A stretch of DNA of 64,000 bases. Source: an uncultured Holophagae bacterium (GTDB taxonomy: Bacteria; Acidobacteriota; Thermoanaerobaculia; Thermoanaerobaculales; Sulfomarinibacteraceae). Position numbers and translations under genes: made by a program. The notes beneath the pieces are model-generated. The model searched no databases. It saw nothing but the letters and a program-made list of their open reading frames with translations, and was not told the origin of the DNA. This document shows, piece after piece, positions 1 to 9,632 of the stretch. Location: NCBI GenBank assembly GCA_963797055.1, contig CAWCOD010000005.1, positions 7,947 through 71,946 on the forward strand, read 5' to 3'. Each line of letters opens with the position of its first letter. Within the stretch, counting starts at the first letter, position 1.

Positions 1-39
1 GTTTAACGTGTAACGTTCAACTATTAACTCCCCACCCGC
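1..39. repeat. Heptamer tandem array (GTNTAAC x4) plus C-rich box TCCCCACCCGC
   Basis: Read directly: gtttaac gtgtaac gttcaac tattaac tccccacccgc. The same unit type recurs at 25076-25103 and 33792-33820. Confidence 0.7.
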
Positions 40-69
40 AACACTGACGACTCAACCAAGGAATCGCAA

Positions 70-1432
70 ATGAACGAAGTTGCCCAAAATCTCCTCGACC
101 GCATAGACAACCACGACGCCGAGGTCGGCATCATCGGAATGGGCTATGTCGGGCTTGCCGCTTGCCCTGGCCTTTGCGGAAAAAGGCTTCAAAGTCCTCG
201 GGTTCGATGTCGACGACACCAAAGTGGAGGCGCTCAAGCGGGGCGAGAGCTACATCAAGCACCTCAACCCCGATCGCGTGGCGAAAGCCGTTGATTCGGA
301 CCGGTTGTGGGCGACGTCGGATTTCACCCGAATCGGCGATCCTGATGCGATCCTGATCTGCGTTCCAACGCCGTTGACCCCTCAGCGCGAGCCCGACATG
401 ACCTACGTTCGCCGGGCGGCGTACCAGATCCGAGAGTATCTGCGGAGGGGTCAGCTCATCATTCTCGAGTCCACGACCTACCCGGGCACGACCGATGAAC
501 TCATTCTTCCCATTCTCGAGGGATCCCGGGAGGATCGGACTCAGGGCGAAGTCAGAATTGAAGGTTCAGAATTCAGAATTGGCCGAGACTTCTTTCTGGC
601 GTTCTCCCCCGAGCGCGAAGATCCGGGCAACGCGACCTTCGGCACCACGAATACTCCAAAGGTCGTCGGCGGAGTGGACGAAGTGTCGGGTGACCTCGCC
701 CAGGCCCTTTACGACCAGATCATGGACCGTACTGTTCGCGTCTCTTCGGCCCGCGCCGCCGAGGCCACCAAACTCATGGAGAACATCTTCCGGTCGGTGA
801 ACATCGCGCTGGTCAACGAGCTCAAGATGATCTGGGACCGGATGGACATCGACGTCTGGGAGGTGCTCGACGCCGCCGAGACCAAGCCCTTCGGATTCAT
901 GAGGTTCAACCCCGGCCCCGGCCTCGGAGGACACTGCATTCCCATCGATCCGTTCTACCTGGCGTGGAAGGCTCGTGAACACGGCGTGACAACAAAGTTC
1001 ATCGAGGTCGCCGGTGAAGTGAACATCCAGACCCCGGAGTACGTCATCGAGAAGTTGGTCCATGCGCTGAACGACCGACGCAAACCGGTCAGGGATTCCA
1101 AGATCCTCGTGCTTGGTCTTGCCTACAAGAAAGACATCGACGATCCGCGGGAGAGTCCGTCCTTCGAGATCATCGAGGCCCTGCTCCAGCTCGGCGCCGA
1201 CGTCAGCTACCACGACCCGTTGATTCCAACCGCGCCCAGTATGAGGAGCTGGCCGGACCTTCCCCCCATGCACTCGATCGATCTGGACACCGACCTCGGG
1301 CGTTTCGATGCCGCGGTGCTCGTCACCGACCACTCCGACGTGGACTACGACGCCCTCGCCGACGAGCTCGATCTCATCGTCGATACCCGCGGCATCTATC
1401 GCGCGCCACGACCAAACGTCGTGAAGGCGTGA
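70..1432 (+). pseudogene. Nucleotide-sugar dehydrogenase (UDP-N-acetyl-D-mannosamine/glucosamine dehydrogenase family), frameshifted near 157
   Basis: ORF 70..294 (frame 1) gives MNEVAQNLLDRIDNHDAEVGIIGMGYVGL, the Rossmann GxGxxG start. ORF 146..1432 (frame 2) continues PLALAFAEKGFKVLGFDVD and carries GGHCIPIDP and LGLAYKKDIDDPRESP. One extra base around 155-160 separates them. Confidence 0.85.
552..579 (+). repeat. Heptamer tract (TCAGAAT-type, 4 units) embedded in the dehydrogenase coding sequence
   Basis: tcagaat tgaaggt tcagaat tcagaat read directly. It encodes part of ...EVRIEGSEFRIG..., a locally AT-rich patch in a GC-rich gene. Confidence 0.6.
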
Positions 1433-1436
1433 CTGT

Positions 1437-1485
1437 GATTTCGAATTTCGAATTGCAGATTGCAGATTGCAGATTGCAGATTGAC
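1437..1485. repeat. Heptamer tandem array (GATTTCG/GATTGCA, 7 units)
   Basis: gatttcg aatttcg aattgca gattgca gattgca gattgca gattgac. It starts 5 nt after the dehydrogenase stop. Confidence 0.9.
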
Positions 1486-1525
1486 ATGATTGGTTTGTTT
1501 GGGACGATTGGTACATCTGAATATC

Positions 1526-1972
1526 ATGGTTGAGATCAAGAGGTTTGAAGATCTTGAAGTTTGGCAAGCGGCCCGAAAGCTGACGAACATGATCTATGAC
1601 GTTTCTGATGAAGGGCAGTTCGCTCGAGATTTCGGACTTCGCGACCAGATTCGCAGGGCTTCCGTGTCGGTCATGTCGAATATTGCGGAAGGGTTTGAAA
1701 GTCACACAACCAAACTGTTTATGAACTACCTGGGTCGAGCGAAAGGGTCAGCTGGTGAGGTAAGATCGCAGCTCTACGTAGCTCTCGACAGAGGATATGT
1801 CGATCGAGGTCCTTTTGAGGAATTGGCACGGCAGGCGTTAAATCTGAGTCGGCAAATCAGTGGATTTGCTGGATATCTCAAACACGCTGAAACGAAGTTC
1901 AAGATTCGCGAAAATCTCCCCTACTGCGACGAAAACTACGGTCTATCCTCAAGAGAACTTGAACGAAGTTGA
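1526..1972 (+). CDS. Four-helix-bundle protein (23S rRNA intervening-sequence protein family)
   Basis: MVEIKRFEDLEVWQAARKL...SNIAEGFES...GSAGEVRSQLYVA is the characteristic pattern of this family. The internal ATG at 1526 is preferred to 1490. The gene is visibly AT-richer than its neighbours. Confidence 0.85.
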   Translation: MVEIKRFEDLEVWQAARKLTNMIYDVSDEGQFARDFGLRDQIRRASVSVMSNIAEGFESHTTKLFMNYLGRAKGSAGEVRSQLYVALDRGYVDRGPFEELARQALNLSRQISGFAGYLKHAETKFKIRENLPYCDENYGLSSRELERS

Positions 1973-1995
1973 CAGACGCGGAAAAACCTCGAACC

Positions 1996-2030
1996 CAATC
2001 TGCAATTTGCAATCTGTAATCTGCAATCGA
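1996..2030. repeat. Heptamer tandem array (CAATCTG, 5 units), inverted relative to 1437-1485
   Basis: caatctg caatttg caatctg taatctg caatcga. The reverse complement tcgattgcagattacagattgcaaattgcagattg closely matches the upstream array. Confidence 0.9.
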
Positions 2031-2117
2031 CGATGAGCACGCAGATCAATTATTCGTCGAGAGAAATGGACCTGAAGTGACCAATAACGATCCGGCAATC
2101 AATGTGGAGACCCCGCT

Positions 2118-4274
2118 ATGACCGAAAACTACCAAGGACCCTATCCCAACCCATACCCGCCACAGAGCCCGGGCCCGGTGCCGCCGTGGCCGCAGCCGCC
2201 CATGGCGTGGGCGGAGGAGGCGGAATCCGAAATCAACGTCATGGACTACGTCCGCCTCATCTGGTCGCGGAAGTGGATCGTGCTCGGGGTGGCGGTCGTG
2301 GTCGTGTTGCTGGGTACGGCCTGGGCGCTGACTCAGAAGAAGATGTACCGTGCCGAGACCAAGATCACCATCTATCCGGCGCCTCAGCTCACCCAGAATC
2401 AGCTCGACATGGCCATGAGCTGGTGGCAGATGGACCGGTTCATCTCCGATCAGATGGAGATCCTGCAGACTCGGAAAATGGCCGAGCGGGTGGTGGAGAG
2501 GGTGGGTCTGAATCAGCACCCGGAGTTCGCCGGCGGCGATGCCGTCGGAGCACTCCTGAGCCGCATCTCGGTCGAACCCGTTCGAGACTCCTTTGTGGTT
2601 CAGGTGTCGATGGTGGGCTACGAACCCGAGACCACGGCCGAATGGCTCAACCTCTATGTGGACGAGTACATCTCGGCCAACATCGAGTCGAGCATCGGAC
2701 GGACCCAGGAGATCTACAGCGTCATCCAGGACCGGCTTGCGCCTCTCCGCAAGAGGGTCAAACAGTCCGAGGAAGACCTCATGGCGTTTCGTGAGCGCGA
2801 CACCGAAATGCTCTTCGCCGACGAGGACAAGAACGTCATCTCGGAGCAGATCGAAACCCTGACCACGGAGTACGCTTCGGCCAAGGCCGAGCGGATCCGG
2901 CTCGAGACGCGGCTCAACGCGGTGGATGCTCTGTCGGCGACGAATCTGGCCGAAACCAGCTTCCCGGCGGTGCTGACCGACGTCACCATCCAGGGTCTGT
3001 TGCAGCAGAAGGCCGCCCTCGAGGTGGAGCTCACCGAGAAGCTCCGGTCCATGAAGGAGGGCCACCCGCAGGTGCAGCAGCTGCGGTCGTCCATCGCCGC
3101 GGTCAACGGACGCATCTACGAGCAGATCCAGACCATCAAGACCTCGCTCAGGACCGAGTACGACATGGTGCGGCGGCGGGAAGGATCCCTCTACTCGAAT
3201 ATCCAGCAGCTCAAGGGGGAGTCCATCGGTCTGTCCAAGCAGACGCTCGAGTACCGCGGACTCGAAGAGGAGTACCGGCAGAACAAGGCCTTTCTGGAAG
3301 ACATGTTGGCCCGGTCCAAAGAGGCCGACATCTCCGGGACGACCGCGGTCAACAACATCAACGTGATCGAGCCGGCGCGACCGCCCGGCGGACCGTTCAA
3401 ACCCAACGTCAAGCAAGCGGCAACGTTGTCCACAGTCCTTGGCCTGCTGCTCGGGGTGGGTCTGGTGCTCATGCTCGATTTCCTCGATCACACCGTGCGC
3501 ACCCCCGAGCAGGTCGAGCGTTACCTGGGTTTGGAAACCCTCACCGTGCTGCCCAAGTTCACCGAGGATGCAACTCGGGCCATGCGCGAGGCCTTCCAGT
3601 CGCTGCGCACGGCCGTGATCCTGTCGGCGCGCGGAACCGGCAGCCATGTCATGCAGGTGACCTCGGCGGTGCCGTCCGAGGGCAAGACCACCGTGGCCTG
3701 GAATCTCTCCAAGGTGCTGGCTACAGGTGGGGCCAAGGTGCTGTTGATCGACGCGGACCTCAGAAAGCCCAGGATCCACCGCCTGATCAACGCCAAGAAC
3801 GTCCGCGGCCTGACCTCGGTTGTGCTTGGTGAACGAGGCCTTGACGAGGTGATCCACCAGCTGCCCGATATCCCCAACCTGCACATCGTCACCTCGGGTC
3901 CGCTGCCGCCCAACCCGCCGGAGCTCTTCGGAAAGGGGACCTTCCTCAGGATGCTGGCCGGGGCCCGCGAGAACTACGATTGGGTCATCTTGGATACTCC
4001 TCCGGTCACCTCGGTCACGGATCCGGTGATGGCGTCGCGAACCGTGGACATGCTGCTGCTGGTGGTGCAGTACGGCGGCGCCCGCCGCGAACTCGCACGA
4101 GAAGCCGTCCGGTTGTTGTCACGAACCGGCGTTCGGATCTCCGGCGCAGTCCTCAACCAGGTGGACATGGACAAGGACCACTACTACTACTCGGGCTATT
4201 ACTCCTACTATCACTACGGTGAAGAACCGTCCAAGAGCTCCGGAAAGAGGAAGAGCAAGGCGAAAGCGAGCTGA
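2118..4274 (+). CDS. Polysaccharide co-polymerase / tyrosine autokinase (Wzc/GumC-type BY-kinase)
   Basis: N-terminal Wzz-type domain with TM segments and a coiled-coil middle. C-terminal Walker A SAVPSEGKTT, A' LLIDADLRKP and B VILDTPP, plus the terminal Tyr cluster DHYYYSGYYSYYHYG. Confidence 0.93.
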   Translation: MTENYQGPYPNPYPPQSPGPVPPWPQPPMAWAEEAESEINVMDYVRLIWSRKWIVLGVAVVVVLLGTAWALTQKKMYRAETKITIYPAPQLTQNQLDMAMSWWQMDRFISDQMEILQTRKMAERVVERVGLNQHPEFAGGDAVGALLSRISVEPVRDSFVVQVSMVGYEPETTAEWLNLYVDEYISANIESSIGRTQEIYSVIQDRLAPLRKRVKQSEEDLMAFRERDTEMLFADEDKNVISEQIETLTTEYASAKAERIRLETRLNAVDALSATNLAETSFPAVLTDVTIQGLLQQKAALEVELTEKLRSMKEGHPQVQQLRSSIAAVNGRIYEQIQTIKTSLRTEYDMVRRREGSLYSNIQQLKGESIGLSKQTLEYRGLEEEYRQNKAFLEDMLARSKEADISGTTAVNNINVIEPARPPGGPFKPNVKQAATLSTVLGLLLGVGLVLMLDFLDHTVRTPEQVERYLGLETLTVLPKFTEDATRAMREAFQSLRTAVILSARGTGSHVMQVTSAVPSEGKTTVAWNLSKVLATGGAKVLLIDADLRKPRIHRLINAKNVRGLTSVVLGERGLDEVIHQLPDIPNLHIVTSGPLPPNPPELFGKGTFLRMLAGARENYDWVILDTPPVTSVTDPVMASRTVDMLLLVVQYGGARRELAREAVRLLSRTGVRISGAVLNQVDMDKDHYYYSGYYSYYHYGEEPSKSSGKRKSKAKAS

Positions 4275-4560
4275 ATCGTCGAAAATTCACGCGGGCCTAA
4301 CGATGTGGCGTGTGGTCGTCTTGCCGAGATGAACACGGCCTCCTCAGCGGGATCTGACAGGGCTGTTTTCCGACGGCGGTCGGGATTGACAGCTTGAATC
4401 TCGCTGGAACATCCGCGGTGAGACATTTAAAGATCCTATCAATTGATATTTGCATCAAGTCGACGTTCTTGTGGTTGTCTGATGGTGCCGAGCAACGACA
4501 GATCAAGAAAGGCAGCTCAAAAGATGATCACAAAATGAACACGGTGAACCTGGAGTTCGG

Positions 4561-6051
4561 TTGATTCCATCTCAAAGTCGCCCTGAGTCAATCGGGGCGA
4601 AGAGTGCAGTTGGGTTTGCGTGGTTGGGCGGAAGCCGGGTCGTATCACAGCTCATACACCTGGGGATAAGGGTGATCCTCGCGCGACTGCTGCTTCCCGC
4701 GGATTTTGGGACGGTCGCCGGTGCACTTGTATTTGTTTCCTTCACCCGTCTCTTCGTGGACCTGGGTGTAGGTTCGGCATTGGTTTGGGATCCTGAAGTT
4801 GATTCCACCAGCCGGTCGACAGCCTTTTGGTTTAATTGCATTCTGGGCTTGACGACCTTTGTTTTGTTGTTTCTTTCAGCCCCGTTGGCTGGCGTTTTCT
4901 TTCGAAACCCGGAGGTTACGCCGGTATTGAGGGTTCTTTCCATAGGTGTCGTGCTGTCAATCCCTCAGATGACGATGGCCTCGCTGCTTCAGCGAGATAT
5001 GGAGTTTCGTACCTTGGGGTCGACGAGGATCCTGGCCGCTGTACTGAGTGGCTGTGTGGGGGTTCTGGTAGCGGTGGCAGGTGGGGGTGTCTGGGCATTG
5101 GTTGTCGAGTCGCTTTCCAGGGCTGCAACCTCGTCCATACTCCTCGTCTTGGCGGCTGGGTGGCTGCCAAGAGCTGTCTTTGACCGAGATTCGCTGCGAC
5201 GCCTGTGGTCATTTGGCCGTCACATGACAGTGTCGAATTTATTGAACTATGGCATCAGGAATATTGACAACCTGTTGGTTGGCAGGTTCCTTGGCGCAAC
5301 GTCGCTCGGGTTTTACTCATTCGGTTATCAGGGGGTGACGCTTCCCCTGCAGTATCTGACCCGACCTTTAGCCAATGTGCTTTTTCCAGCTCTCATCAAG
5401 ATGCGAGACGACAGTGAGCGACTCATAAACGCCTACTTGACTTCTGTGGGTGCCGTAATTGTGTTCGCATGGCCTGTCTGTGGCTTGGTGGCGTTGCTCG
5501 CCCCAAGCCTTGTGCCGCCGGTTTTTGGTGAAAAGTGGATTCCAGGTGTGCCGGTGTTCATGATCCTGGCGATGGCGGCTCCGGTTCAGGTTACGCGTGT
5601 GGTGAATCACCAACTCCTGAAGGCTCTGGGAAAGCCCCGAGGGATCGTCTTTCAGCATGCTGTTGAGTTCATTCTGGTGCTTGCTGGCGTCTGGTTCGGA
5701 CTAAAAAACGGCGTCGTGGGGGTGGCGATCGGCGTCCTGATAGCAATGCTACTGAGCGTGCCGATTCACTCTCTGATCCTATCGCGGCTCTCCGGTGTTC
5801 CCTTGGCAAAATTGGTTTCCCCTCTCCTGCGGGGAACCGCCATCTTGACTGTGATCGCCGCACCCATGCTCCTTCTAAAATTCTCGGGAAACCTGCCTCT
5901 GGACCAGATGTGGCCGATGTTGGGGTTTACGGCGGTGGGTGCGGTTGTCTGGTTTTTCCTGTCGACGCAGGTCTTCCCAGAGGTGTGGAAAAGAGTCGCG
6001 ACAGTTTTAAGCCAGTTCATCCACTCGAAATCAAGATACAGACATCAGTGA
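4561..6051 (+). CDS. Wzx-like oligosaccharide flippase (MOP superfamily polysaccharide biosynthesis protein)
   Basis: 496-aa polytopic membrane protein with the typical flippase hydrophobic pattern. TTG start with GGAG 6 nt upstream. EPS-locus context. Confidence 0.8.
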   Translation: MIPSQSRPESIGAKSAVGFAWLGGSRVVSQLIHLGIRVILARLLLPADFGTVAGALVFVSFTRLFVDLGVGSALVWDPEVDSTSRSTAFWFNCILGLTTFVLLFLSAPLAGVFFRNPEVTPVLRVLSIGVVLSIPQMTMASLLQRDMEFRTLGSTRILAAVLSGCVGVLVAVAGGGVWALVVESLSRAATSSILLVLAAGWLPRAVFDRDSLRRLWSFGRHMTVSNLLNYGIRNIDNLLVGRFLGATSLGFYSFGYQGVTLPLQYLTRPLANVLFPALIKMRDDSERLINAYLTSVGAVIVFAWPVCGLVALLAPSLVPPVFGEKWIPGVPVFMILAMAAPVQVTRVVNHQLLKALGKPRGIVFQHAVEFILVLAGVWFGLKNGVVGVAIGVLIAMLLSVPIHSLILSRLSGVPLAKLVSPLLRGTAILTVIAAPMLLLKFSGNLPLDQMWPMLGFTAVGAVVWFFLSTQVFPEVWKRVATVLSQFIHSKSRYRHQ

Positions 6052-6343
6052 GTGGTTGAAGTGAAAGTCCCCAATGCCGCCGGGTTCGAAGCCCTGGTTT
6101 TAGTCCTATGGCCATGCCGTCAAGGCCTGGATTGGCTCAACCAAACAATCGGCTCTCCATGTGAAGCGCTTTGGCAACTCTGCGAGACCAGAGCGACCTG
6201 TTCATCACTGAGGTGCGGGACACCGAACGACGTATTTCTGACGAATGTGATTCCATTTTTCTTGACACGATACGGCATGTGTCGAGATCTGAAGAGCTTT
6301 CAATGGGCTGACCGCGCCCTATGACCCTTCAATTGGAGTAGAA

Positions 6344-7048
6344 ATGATGGTAGAAACACCTCCAAGTTTCATCGTAGTTGGGGCCATGAAGTCCGGCACC
6401 ACTTCATTGTACAAGTGGTTATCTGGACATTCAGGTTGTTGTTTTTGTCGACTCAAAGAACCCCACTTCTTCTCCATAAATTGGGATCGTGGAATCGATT
6501 GGTATCGTGGACTATTTTCAGAATGCCCAAATCAACAAATTTCAGGCGAGGCGTCGCAAAGCTACACCGACCCTAGCTGGTGCGATGAGGCGGCAGACAG
6601 AATTTCTCAGGTGGTTCCGGATACAAAAATCATGTATATCCTCAGAAATCCCATAGCGCGATCACGGTCCCAGTACCGCCATGAGGTGAGAGCGTCTCGC
6701 GAGCGGCGGGAGTATTTGACAGCGATTGCGGACGGGTCGAGCGGATACCTGCAAAGAAGTATGTACTGGTCCTGCCTGAATCCGTTTGTTGAGAGATTCG
6801 ATAGAAGTCGTCGTCGGATCCTGGTTCTTAGGTTTGAAGACCTGGTATCGGATTCGGATGAAACGTGGGTTGAGCTTTTGAATTTCCTCGGTCTTCCGGT
6901 GGAAAGACGTTGTCATCATGTGCACCGTCGAACCGAGACAGTGCCTGGGAGGGGAAAAATTTTGCCACGCCTGAACGCGTTGGGTTCGAAGAAAATCACC
7001 AGATATGTGCCCAATTCCATCAAGGATCTGATCCCACCGTGTTCCTAG
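6344..7048 (+). CDS. Sulfotransferase family protein
   Basis: PAPS-binding motifs VVGAMKSGTTSLYKWL (5'-PSB) and ILRNPIARSRSQY (3'-PB). GGAG RBS. AT-richer than the flanking DNA. Confidence 0.85.
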   Translation: MMVETPPSFIVVGAMKSGTTSLYKWLSGHSGCCFCRLKEPHFFSINWDRGIDWYRGLFSECPNQQISGEASQSYTDPSWCDEAADRISQVVPDTKIMYILRNPIARSRSQYRHEVRASRERREYLTAIADGSSGYLQRSMYWSCLNPFVERFDRSRRRILVLRFEDLVSDSDETWVELLNFLGLPVERRCHHVHRRTETVPGRGKILPRLNALGSKKITRYVPNSIKDLIPPCS

Positions 7049-7497
7049 ATAGTGGCCGGCGGTACGGGATGTTGATGGAGTATTCTAAAGCAGAGGTTTC
7101 AAAGGGGTTGCAGGATCCGGTTTGGGAGGATGTCACCAAACTCGAAAAATGGCTGGGCGTCAGCCAGTTATGGAGCCGGTAAGAGATTCATGACCAAACA
7201 TGGGAAGAAGATCCACCATCATCATGGAGTTCTAGGTCGATAGGGTCCCCGTGATTTTTCGTCAAATACGTCCTCGATGAACAGGATTTTCGGAGGGGAA
7301 TTCCTACGTTCGAAAGAGCCTCTTTTTTTGAAGCAATAAATTGATCTGTGATTGTCATGAATTTGGTCGTAAATAGAGAAGTAAACCGTAAGTATTTTTG
7401 TGACGTGGTTGAGGTAGTCAAAATGCGGAAAACTTTGATTTGGCAACGAACCGAAATGTCGCAAGTCGGTGTGAAATAGAACGAGACGCGATTAGAC

Positions 7498-8669
7498 ATG
7501 AATATTTTGCACTGTATCGATACGATGGCGAGTGGCGGAGCGGAAATACAGATGGCAAGAAATGTCTCAAATATTGAAGGAAAAAATTTCAGAAATATTG
7601 TATGTATTTTCCACGGTCCAGAAACCGAAGCGGCAATTCTAAAGAGAACAGTATTCCTGTCATTAATCTCGATTTAACTGAAAATATATTAGGAGCTTGG
7701 TCGGGATGTCTTGAAGTCCGAAGAGTCATCAAGGACAAGAAGATTGACCTAGTCCATACCGACGGTTTTTGGGGAAATCTCGTGGGGAGGTTTTCTGCAA
7801 AGACCTTGAGAGTCCCGGTGGTGTCCACCTGTGGGAATACGGTGAGTCTGAAAGATCGATTTCGTGCAAGTCCGAGTGTCCTTCGATGGAAGCTGAGGCT
7901 GGTGTGGTTGTACTCCGCCTTCACGGCAAGACATTTTGTCGACCGCCATGTTGCGATTTCAGAAGCGGTCAAGGAGTCGCTGGTCCATCACTGGAGGGTC
8001 GCGGAGGATCGGATTGAGGTCGTCTACCGTGGAGTGTCCTTGTACGAAATTCCCCGCGAAAATGGGTCGTCGAGAGAGGTGGACGATCTCGGTCAGTTTG
8101 GGTTTGAGGGCGGATCTCCTTTCTTGGTGACGGTGGGGAGGCTGGTGCCGCAGAAGGGACATGACCGGTTACTTGATGCGATGGGGATCTTGGCGAGGCA
8201 TTACCCCGAATTTCGACTGTTGATTATCGGCGAAGGGAGGGAACGCCTCTCTCTTGAAAAGAAGTACGAGAATCTAGGCTTAGGAGACAACGTCTCCCTG
8301 GTAGGCCATCGTGAGGACGTAGGACGGTTTTTGGTCGAAGCTGACGTCTTCGTGTTTTCGTCTTACTACGAAGGATTCGGCACAGCTGTGGTAGAGGCGA
8401 TGGCGGCGGGCCTGCCAGTGGTGGCCTTTCCTAATGGCCCGGCGGAGGAAATCGTGGTTGACGGAGAGACCGGAATTCTCGTCGAAGATGGAACTCCGGC
8501 AGCCATGGCAGAAGCGATCTCGAAAATCATCGGGGATCCGGAGCTAGGGAAACAGATGGGTTGCAAAGGGGAAAGACGAGCGTCCTTGATGTTCGACTCG
8601 AATTCCGTCGCTGACCAGATGGCAAGGGTCTTCGTGTCGGTCCTAGGGAAAAGGGGGAGGGCGGCGTGA
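7498..8669 (+). pseudogene. Glycosyltransferase family 4, frameshifted near 7650
   Basis: Frame 1 from 7498 gives MNILHCIDTMASGGAEIQMARNV..., a GT4 N-terminus of 59 codons that is below the ORF-track cut-off. ORF 7602..8669 (frame 3) carries the rest, including YYEGFGTAVVEAMAAGLPVVAF and ETGILVE. Confidence 0.8.
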
Positions 8670-9626
8670 CGGAAACGGGAATTTCTCCAGCAAGAGCCGG
8701 GGTCGCTCGTTTGGATTTTGTTGTGGTTGGTGCCGCAAGGTGCGGCACGACCTCACTTTTCGAGTATCTTCGCAAACATCCCGAAATCCTCATGCCAGAG
8801 TCGAAGGAGGTTCCTTTTTTTTCCAATGAGACTGTCTTTGGGGAAGGCTTCGAAAGCTATTTTAAGGGGGTGTTTCCAGACTGCAGCGGTAGTACTCTTC
8901 TGGGTACGGTCACCCCGCAATACATGGAAAACCCGGTGGTCCCAGCGCGGATGGCCTCGCATTTCCCAGAGCTGAAGCTGGTGGCCATTCTGCGCAATCC
9001 GGTTGATCGTGCCTACTCCGCGTATCAACTAATGAGGCGGAAGGGCTGGGAGGAACGTTGCTTCGAAGAAGTCGTGGAGGCGCAGCTGGAACAGAATGCC
9101 CTCCAGGTGGCCCGAGAGCTGAACCCCACCGGCTCGGAGGTGCGGGACTGCGTTCTGGTGAACGGTGAGTACGGGCGGATTCTCGATGGGTACTTGAGTC
9201 ATTTCCCGACGCAGAAACCTATATATCTGTTTTCTTGAAGACCTCAAAACCAATCCAGATCCAGTGTTCGATCACATATTGCGTCATATTGGCGTTGACA
9301 CGGACTTTCGCCCTGACAGTCTCGGAAGAGCGTTTCACAAAGGAGGAGATCAGCTGAGATTTCCGGTCCTCGTTGATTGGATGTCGAGGATTCCAGGAAT
9401 GCGGGGACTTTGGCGAGCCATTCCGAAGCAGAGGAGGATGAGGGTTCTTCACGTCTTCAACACACAATTCAATATCAGGAAGTCGGAGGCGGTCCCTTTT
9501 GATGACTTCACACGGAGAAGGCTCGCCAAGTTCTACGTCGACGATGTCGCGAAACTGACAGACGTCGCAGGTGTCACTCCGCCATGGCCAGAGTTCAAGT
9601 CAGCGAACGCGACCAACTCATCCTGA
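8666..9626 (+). pseudogene. Sulfotransferase family protein, frameshifted near 9232
   Basis: Frame 2: VVGAARCGTTSLFEYL (5'-PSB) and ILRNPVDRAYSAY (3'-PB). It continues in frame 3 as EDLKTNPDPVFDHILRHIGVD.... One extra base lies in ctgttttcttgaag. Confidence 0.8.
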
Positions 9627-9632
9627 GTCGTT

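Noticed and set aside
2046-3884. 612-aa ORF antisense to wzc. Similar long antisense or out-of-frame ORFs: 566..1705, 12009..13094, 14396..15334, 14817..16139, 16324..17208, 20474..22411, 23097..23708, 25007..25702, 29908..30720, 37619..38428, 53586..54506, 58723..60090, 61036..62574.
   Set aside because: These are typical high-GC shadow ORFs. Their composition is Arg/Pro/Gly/His-rich and low-complexity with no family motifs. Each is opposite or overlapping a gene with strong motif support.
6052-6324. 90-aa ORF between the flippase and the sulfotransferase
   Set aside because: It has a GTG start without an RBS, no recognisable motif and Cys/Trp-rich composition. It is more likely non-coding leader or promoter DNA.
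7188-7499. ORFs of 80-103 aa on the minus strand in the AT-rich spacer
   Set aside because: They are low-complexity translations of AT-rich DNA with no RBS or motif and overlap each other in two frames.
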